A DNA stretch of 64,000 nt from Treponema sp. (GTDB lineage: Bacteria > Spirochaetota > Spirochaetia > Treponematales > Treponemataceae). The translations under genes and the position numbers were made by a program. Below, piece after piece: positions 58,939-64,000 of the stretch; position 1 is the stretch's first letter, and each line of letters opens with the position of its first letter. Below the pieces are notes generated by a model. That model was not told the origin of the DNA and did not search any database. It was given only the letters and a program-made list of their open reading frames with translations. The stretch covers positions 13,918 to 77,917 of the forward strand of contig JAFOSK010000057.1 in NCBI GenBank assembly GCA_017392945.1. Reading direction: 5' to 3'.

Positions 58939-60942
58939 ATGAAGACTATCGGCATCAGACAGGCGGACGGATCTTTCTATTCAATTCTAGAAGAAGAAAA
59001 TCCTGGAAAAAAGACTCTTGGTTTAACGACCGCGAAAGATAATCAGACTCGTGTTATTGTTGATTTGTACCGTTCTCATACAGGTACAATGGAAGATGCT
59101 GAATATGTGGATTCCCTTCAGATTGACAATTTGATTGCTCATGCAAAGGGAAGTTCTGAAATTAAGCTTAATATCGGTCTTGATGAGGACGGAAAACTTT
59201 CTGCTGAACTTATTGACCCGGAAACAGGTCTTACAAGTTCTGCTGATGTTACTTTGGTAAACAGAACCTTGGAAGAGCGACTTGCAGATACATCTTCTGA
59301 AGTTTCTGTATCGGATGAAAAAGTTGATCTTTCTGACCTTGATGATTTATCTCTTCCAGAATCAGATTCATCTGCAGAAAGCGGAGTAACTAAGACAGAG
59401 GATAATTCTGATGATAGCGGTGCTGCTTTTGCGGCAGGAGCTGCAGCTGGTGCAGTCGCTGGCGGACTGCTTGCCGCTGCTATGAAAAGTGAAAAATCTA
59501 GTGAAAATAATGATGCTGCGGATTCATTGGATACAACGGAAGACTCAGCAAGTGATTCTTTGGACTCGTTTGATCTCCCAGATTTTGAACAAGAATCCAG
59601 CGCAGCAGAGGGGTCGGATGATACTGTAGCTTCTGCCGGTGAGGACGCTGAGTCTGATTCAGCGGTCAGCGCAACCGACGATCTTGATATTCCTGATTTC
59701 AGTGATTTGGATTCAAGTACAGAGCTGAATGTCACAAAAGCGGCTGACGGTTCAGAAAATTCATCAGGAGATTCTCTTGATTCATTTGATCTCCCGGATT
59801 TTGAAGAAAGTTCGGATACAGCTGGCGTAACGGAATCGGCAGAACCTACATCGGCATCAGGAGATTCTCTTGATTCATTTGATCTCCCAGATTTCGAAGA
59901 AAGTTCGGATACAGCTAGCGTAACGGAATCGGCAGAACCTACCGCGGCAGCCGGAGATTCTCTTGATTCATTTGATCTCCCGGATTTCGAAGAAAGTTCG
60001 GATACAGCTGGCGTAACGGAATCGGCAGAGCCTACAGCGGCAGCCGGAGATTCTCTTGATTCATTTGATCTCCCGGATTTTGAAGAAAGTTCGGATACAG
60101 CTGGCGTAACGGAATCGGCAGAGCCTACATCGGCAGCCGGAGATTCTCTTGATTCATTTGATCTCCCAGATTTCGAAGAAAGTTCGGATACAGCAGATAG
60201 CACAGAATCCATTGAAACTCCAAAAGTGGAAGATAACAATTTTGATTTCCCTGATTTTGGTACTGATCCGGCTGATACGGCAGCGTCTACAGATCTTAAT
60301 TCTGATGATCTGTTCAGCGACACTTCATTTCTTGACAATTTTGATGATGCTGAAAATTCTGATCCTTCAGAACCGGCTCCGGATTCAACTTTGGAAATGA
60401 TGAAGCATTCCAATGCACTTAAATTTGATAATCTTTATGATAAAGAAACAATGGAAGGGGATTCTTCCGTTGAATCAGAAGAAGAGGAAGTTGTGAAAAA
60501 AACAAAAGTCCCTGTAATTATTTGTATAATCTGTGCAATCATTTGTGTAATTGCTACGCTGCTGATTCTTTTTGTAGTTCCTTCAAAATATAATCTTCTT
60601 AATAAAAAGTCTGTAGAACCAGACCCTGTAACTGTTATTGCAGAAGAGTCGGAGACCATTCCTGAACCAGAACCTGAACCAGAACCTGAGATTATAGAAT
60701 CTAAGGAAGAAGAGGTAATCGTTGTAGATGAACCAGAAAAGGTTGTTCCTGAGCCTCCGAAAGAACCGGAAGAAAAACCTGTCGATATCACTTATAAAAT
60801 TAAGTGGGGTGATACTTTGTGGGATATCGCAGACGCATATTATAAGAATCCATGGAATTATAAAAAAATAGCAAGGTACAATGGAATACGTAATCCAGAT
60901 TATATTATTTCAGGAACATATATAAAGATTCCTGCAAAATAA
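58939..60942 (+). CDS. Membrane protein: Hsp70 substrate-binding-like N-domain, acidic repeats, TM helix, C-terminal LysM
   Basis: N-terminus 'TIGI...TTAKDNQTRVIVDLY...AHAKGSSEI...LDEDGKL...DPETG'; TM 'VPVIICIICAIICVIATLLILFVV'; LysM 'YKIKWGDTLWDIA...NGIRNPDYIISG..IKIP'. Confidence 0.85.
   Translation: MKTIGIRQADGSFYSILEEENPGKKTLGLTTAKDNQTRVIVDLYRSHTGTMEDAEYVDSLQIDNLIAHAKGSSEIKLNIGLDEDGKLSAELIDPETGLTSSADVTLVNRTLEERLADTSSEVSVSDEKVDLSDLDDLSLPESDSSAESGVTKTEDNSDDSGAAFAAGAAAGAVAGGLLAAAMKSEKSSENNDAADSLDTTEDSASDSLDSFDLPDFEQESSAAEGSDDTVASAGEDAESDSAVSATDDLDIPDFSDLDSSTELNVTKAADGSENSSGDSLDSFDLPDFEESSDTAGVTESAEPTSASGDSLDSFDLPDFEESSDTASVTESAEPTAAAGDSLDSFDLPDFEESSDTAGVTESAEPTAAAGDSLDSFDLPDFEESSDTAGVTESAEPTSAAGDSLDSFDLPDFEESSDTADSTESIETPKVEDNNFDFPDFGTDPADTAASTDLNSDDLFSDTSFLDNFDDAENSDPSEPAPDSTLEMMKHSNALKFDNLYDKETMEGDSSVESEEEEVVKKTKVPVIICIICAIICVIATLLILFVVPSKYNLLNKKSVEPDPVTVIAEESETIPEPEPEPEPEIIESKEEEVIVVDEPEKVVPEPPKEPEEKPVDITYKIKWGDTLWDIADAYYKNPWNYKKIARYNGIRNPDYIISGTYIKIPAK
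59767..60195 (+). repeat. Intragenic 93-bp (31-aa) tandem repeat, about 4.6 copies
   Basis: Units start at 59767, 59860, 59953, 60046 and 60139 and encode GDSLDSFDLPDFEESSDTAGVTESAEPT(S/A)A(S/A). Confidence 0.95.
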
Positions 60943-61006
60943 CAGAACCTTATGCACTAGCCGATTGCGGATTGTTCCAAAATCGGCTATTTTGTTAAAT
61001 ACAACT

Positions 61007-63055
61007 ATGGTTTTCAAAAAGTATGCATATATTTGTCTAGGCTTATTAATTTTTCTTACAGGTTGCGGTCAGAATGGATTCGAATATTATGCCGCATTGC
61101 GCTGTCAGACAGACGGTAAGACAGAAGAAGCTAGAAGATTATTTTTGCGGGCTGTAAATACTGGTTCTCCTTATATATCACGTTTGTCACTTGAAGAATT
61201 GACTGAGACTGGGAATGTGCGCGAACGTCTTGAATCGTGTGATCGTCTTCTTTCAAAATATTCTGATGAAAAGGCAAAACTTTTAGCGTGCAGAAAGTAT
61301 TATTCTGCTGCGGAATATTCGAAATTGATTCAATGTACGAACGGCATTGATTATGAAAATTGCAGTAATAGTCTTGCGTATTACCGTCTGGATTCTATGA
61401 GAAAAAAAGGTGATTCTCGTTTTTTCAAGGAGTTTTATTCCTGGTTTACGTTGCGCCGGGTTTCTGATTTGCATTACCAGCTTTATTGCGACGTTGCAAA
61501 GGATTCTGCTCTTACTGAAATACCTGAATTTCAGCCGGTGACTGATTTCAGGGCTGACGTTTACAAACGGAATTATCTTGGGGCTTTTGAATCTTTTTCA
61601 AAATCAAAAGATGTCCTGCCTCTTTTGCCCCAGATTGTTTCTGATATGGGAAAAGTTTGCCTTTACGGAAGCGAAGCATATTACACGAATGCGCTTGCCT
61701 TTGATGCGTTTGCAAAGAAGCTATCTGGCAGGGATTCTGAATTTTACGCATGGTTTTATGCTGCCCGGCTTTATGAAAAAGCGGGTGAATATTATTCAAT
61801 CGCTGCAAGCAGATATAAGTCTGCTATGGCCGCGGCAAAATCTGATTCCTTGTATGACAATGCTTTATGGTATCTCCTTAATCTTGAATTAAAGCGTTCT
61901 ACAGACCGAGGAATTGCCTGCGTAAGAAAATATTGTTCAACGTGGCACGATCCGGATTATTTTGATGATTTCTTTGATACGCTTACCCCGCTGATGCTTT
62001 CTGAAGGAAAGTGGAACGCCTTTTATAATCTTTATAAGGAACTTGATGGTTACGCCTCTGACGAAGTTGTTGCAAAATTTGCCTATATCTACGGCCGGCT
62101 TTTGCAGGAAAGATTTGCCGTTCCTGTAGTTTCTGATACTCACGGCAGCGAATCTGCGGCGGCTTTTACGCGTGCTTTGTTAAGCGGTTCAGAAGCATAT
62201 TACAGAGTGATGGCTGTGGCTCAGCTTGGGCTTGGCGGAGAACATGCCGAAGAGATTCTCTGCTCGCGACGTTCTAAAGAAGTCTGTATTGTAGATCCCG
62301 AGGCCGAAGAACTGCTTGGCGGATATGCTGCTTTTGGATTCCCGGAAAAAATATATCCCATGTGGCAACGCCTTTTGGAAGAAAAACGTTTTATAAGCTT
62401 TGAAACAGGCCTGAGGCTGGCTCAGTTCCTTAATGAATGCGGACTCAGAAAAAATGAGTTTTACCCGCAGGCTTTGAAAATCGTTTCAAAAATGCTGTCC
62501 CTCTATCCAGAGAGAATTTCAAAGGATGCACTCATGCTGCTGTATCCGAGGAATTACAGCAATATGGTTTCTGAAAAAAGCGAAAAATATTCTGTTCCAG
62601 AAGAAATTATGTATGCTCTTATTCGCAGCGAAAGTTTTTTTGATTCACAGGCAAAAAGTACTGCCGGTGCGGTCGGTCTTTGTCAGCTTATGGAATCAAC
62701 GGCGGCGGATGTTGCACATAGATTGAAATATGGGCAATACAGTCTTACAAAACCTGTTGATAATATTGAATTCGGTACATGGTATGTTGCAAATCTGTTT
62801 GGTCGTCTGGAAAACAATTGGATGCAGACGTTCTTTTCATATAACTCGGGGATTACTGTTGTACGTCGCTGGCGTAAAACGGCCGTTATCGGTTTTAATA
62901 ATATGAAGTCTATGCCAGATGACTTGTTTTTGGAAATAATTCCGTATTCCGAAACTCGTCAATATGGACGGAAATTGATTGGTTCGGCAGCAATGTATTC
63001 GTGGCTTTACTATGACAAAGATCTTTGTGACGAAATAAATGTCCTAGTAAAATAA
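61007..63055 (+). CDS. Soluble lytic murein transglycosylase (SLT domain, TPR-like N-region), probable lipoprotein
   Basis: Lipobox 'LTGC'; 'ALIRSESFF', 'GAVGLCQLM', 'SYNSG', 'IPYSETRQY'. Confidence 0.9.
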   Translation: MVFKKYAYICLGLLIFLTGCGQNGFEYYAALRCQTDGKTEEARRLFLRAVNTGSPYISRLSLEELTETGNVRERLESCDRLLSKYSDEKAKLLACRKYYSAAEYSKLIQCTNGIDYENCSNSLAYYRLDSMRKKGDSRFFKEFYSWFTLRRVSDLHYQLYCDVAKDSALTEIPEFQPVTDFRADVYKRNYLGAFESFSKSKDVLPLLPQIVSDMGKVCLYGSEAYYTNALAFDAFAKKLSGRDSEFYAWFYAARLYEKAGEYYSIAASRYKSAMAAAKSDSLYDNALWYLLNLELKRSTDRGIACVRKYCSTWHDPDYFDDFFDTLTPLMLSEGKWNAFYNLYKELDGYASDEVVAKFAYIYGRLLQERFAVPVVSDTHGSESAAAFTRALLSGSEAYYRVMAVAQLGLGGEHAEEILCSRRSKEVCIVDPEAEELLGGYAAFGFPEKIYPMWQRLLEEKRFISFETGLRLAQFLNECGLRKNEFYPQALKIVSKMLSLYPERISKDALMLLYPRNYSNMVSEKSEKYSVPEEIMYALIRSESFFDSQAKSTAGAVGLCQLMESTAADVAHRLKYGQYSLTKPVDNIEFGTWYVANLFGRLENNWMQTFFSYNSGITVVRRWRKTAVIGFNNMKSMPDDLFLEIIPYSETRQYGRKLIGSAAMYSWLYYDKDLCDEINVLVK

Positions 63056-63169
63056 TTAAGAATATTGTACACTCAAGGCGAAGTTTTTGTTCAACCCGCA
63101 TTTATAGGGGCATCTAAAAGTCAAGCGCAAATCTGAAAGTTTGTTATTGTCTTTTTATGGGAGAATTTT

Positions 63170-63457
63170 ATGGCCGATTTGGATATTGAAGACAGAGTAA
63201 AGGAAGCAATCGAAATGTTCAGACCTCAGCTTCAGGCTGATGGTGGGGATATGGAATTTGTTTCTATTGATGAGCAGATGCGCGTTCATCTTATTTTACA
63301 AGGTGCTTGCGGAAGCTGCCCGATGGCAACGATGACACTCAAAATGGGTGTTGAACGTTATATAAAGGATGCTGTTCCAGAAATTACAGAAGTAGTTCAG
63401 GATAATGCAGCTCCTGATGCAGGATACTACGGATCTGGTTTTGATGCCGGTTTCTAA
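63170..63457 (+). CDS. NifU/NfuA C-terminal domain Fe-S carrier
   Basis: 'RPQLQADGGD', 'GACGSCP', 'TLKMGVE'. Confidence 0.93.
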   Translation: MADLDIEDRVKEAIEMFRPQLQADGGDMEFVSIDEQMRVHLILQGACGSCPMATMTLKMGVERYIKDAVPEITEVVQDNAAPDAGYYGSGFDAGF

Positions 63458-63471
63458 AATAAGGATGTAAT

Positions 63472-64000
63472 ATGAAAATAACAAAAGATACAATGGTTTC
63501 TATCCACTACATTCTACATGATGCAGAAGGAAATGAACTTGATTCGTCTTCGGGAAAAGAGCCATTGCAGTATGTACATGGAAACGGAATGCTTATTCCG
63601 GGGCTTGAAGAAATGCTTGAAGGAAAAGAACCGGGATTGAAATTCAAAGCAGTAATTGAACCAAAAGATGCATACGGTGAATATAACGATAAACTTGTTG
63701 TAGAAGTTCCTCGTGAACAGTTTGAAACCGGAACTCCTATTGAAGTAGGAATGAAATTTCAGGCTGGTACAGCTGACGGACAGGTTGTAGTTGTTCGTGT
63801 AATTGATGTAAATGATAAAATCGTAAAAGTTGATGGAAATCACGAGCTTGCAGGAAAACAGCTTACATTTGATGTAGAAATTGTAGATGTTCGCGAAGCT
63901 ACAGATGAAGAGCTTGCTTCTATGGGTGGCTGTGGAGGCTGTGGTGGACATTGCGGCGGAGGCTGTGGCGGTTGCGGTGGAGAAGACGACGGTTGTGGCT
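63472..64000 (+). CDS. slyD: FKBP-type peptidyl-prolyl isomerase SlyD; 3' end runs off the window and it is absent from the ORF track
   Basis: My translation from ATG63472: MKITKDTMVSIHY...PLQYVHGNGMLIPGLEEML...DAYGE...DGNHELAGKQLTFDVEIVDVREATDEEL, then a Gly/Cys-rich tail. Confidence 0.93.
   Translation, partial: MKITKDTMVSIHYILHDAEGNELDSSSGKEPLQYVHGNGMLIPGLEEMLEGKEPGLKFKAVIEPKDAYGEYNDKLVVEVPREQFETGTPIEVGMKFQAGTADGQVVVVRVIDVNDKIVKVDGNHELAGKQLTFDVEIVDVREATDEELASMGGCGGCGGHCGGGCGGCGGEDDGCG

Noticed and set aside
59767-60195. Possible CRISPR array
   Set aside because: Whole 93-bp units are near-identical with no unique spacers; in-frame within a CDS; no cas genes.
59139-60413. 424-aa antisense ORF with repeats
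   Set aside because: Shadow of the Ser/Asp-rich repeat region of the LysM gene; no independent features.
63514-63951. 145-aa minus-strand ORF
   Set aside because: Antisense to the clear slyD frame on the + strand.

Overview
AT-rich (~40% GC), gene-dense chromosomal window, most consistent with a host-associated Treponema-like spirochete (inferred from gene content). It is mostly housekeeping: mnmE, lspA, mtnN, birA, a FecCD/Btu-type ABC importer, pbuX-xpt-pyrE, metK, nth, mscS, a TolC-MacAB-type efflux operon, ppx-ppk1, ftsK, arginase, SLT, NifU and slyD. I saw no rRNA, tRNA, CRISPR array, integrase or transposase. Most notable: (1) a single-chain GatB/YqeY + L-asparaginase (GatD-like) fusion with catalytic motifs altered in both halves, divergent from a degenerate GH63-like gene and ppx-ppk1; (2) an ATE/Bpt + Aat fusion that puts both N-degron aminoacyl transferases in one protein; (3) a membrane protein joining an Hsp70 substrate-binding-like domain, acidic 31-aa tandem repeats, a TM helix and LysM; (4) an exported CBM48 + pseudophosphatase; (5) a dispersed ~152-nt palindromic element present twice in opposite orientation with compensatory base changes; (6) a stand-alone OLD-family ATPase-TOPRIM nuclease; (7) several candidate leaderless genes. 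All family calls come from motif recognition by eye, not database searches.
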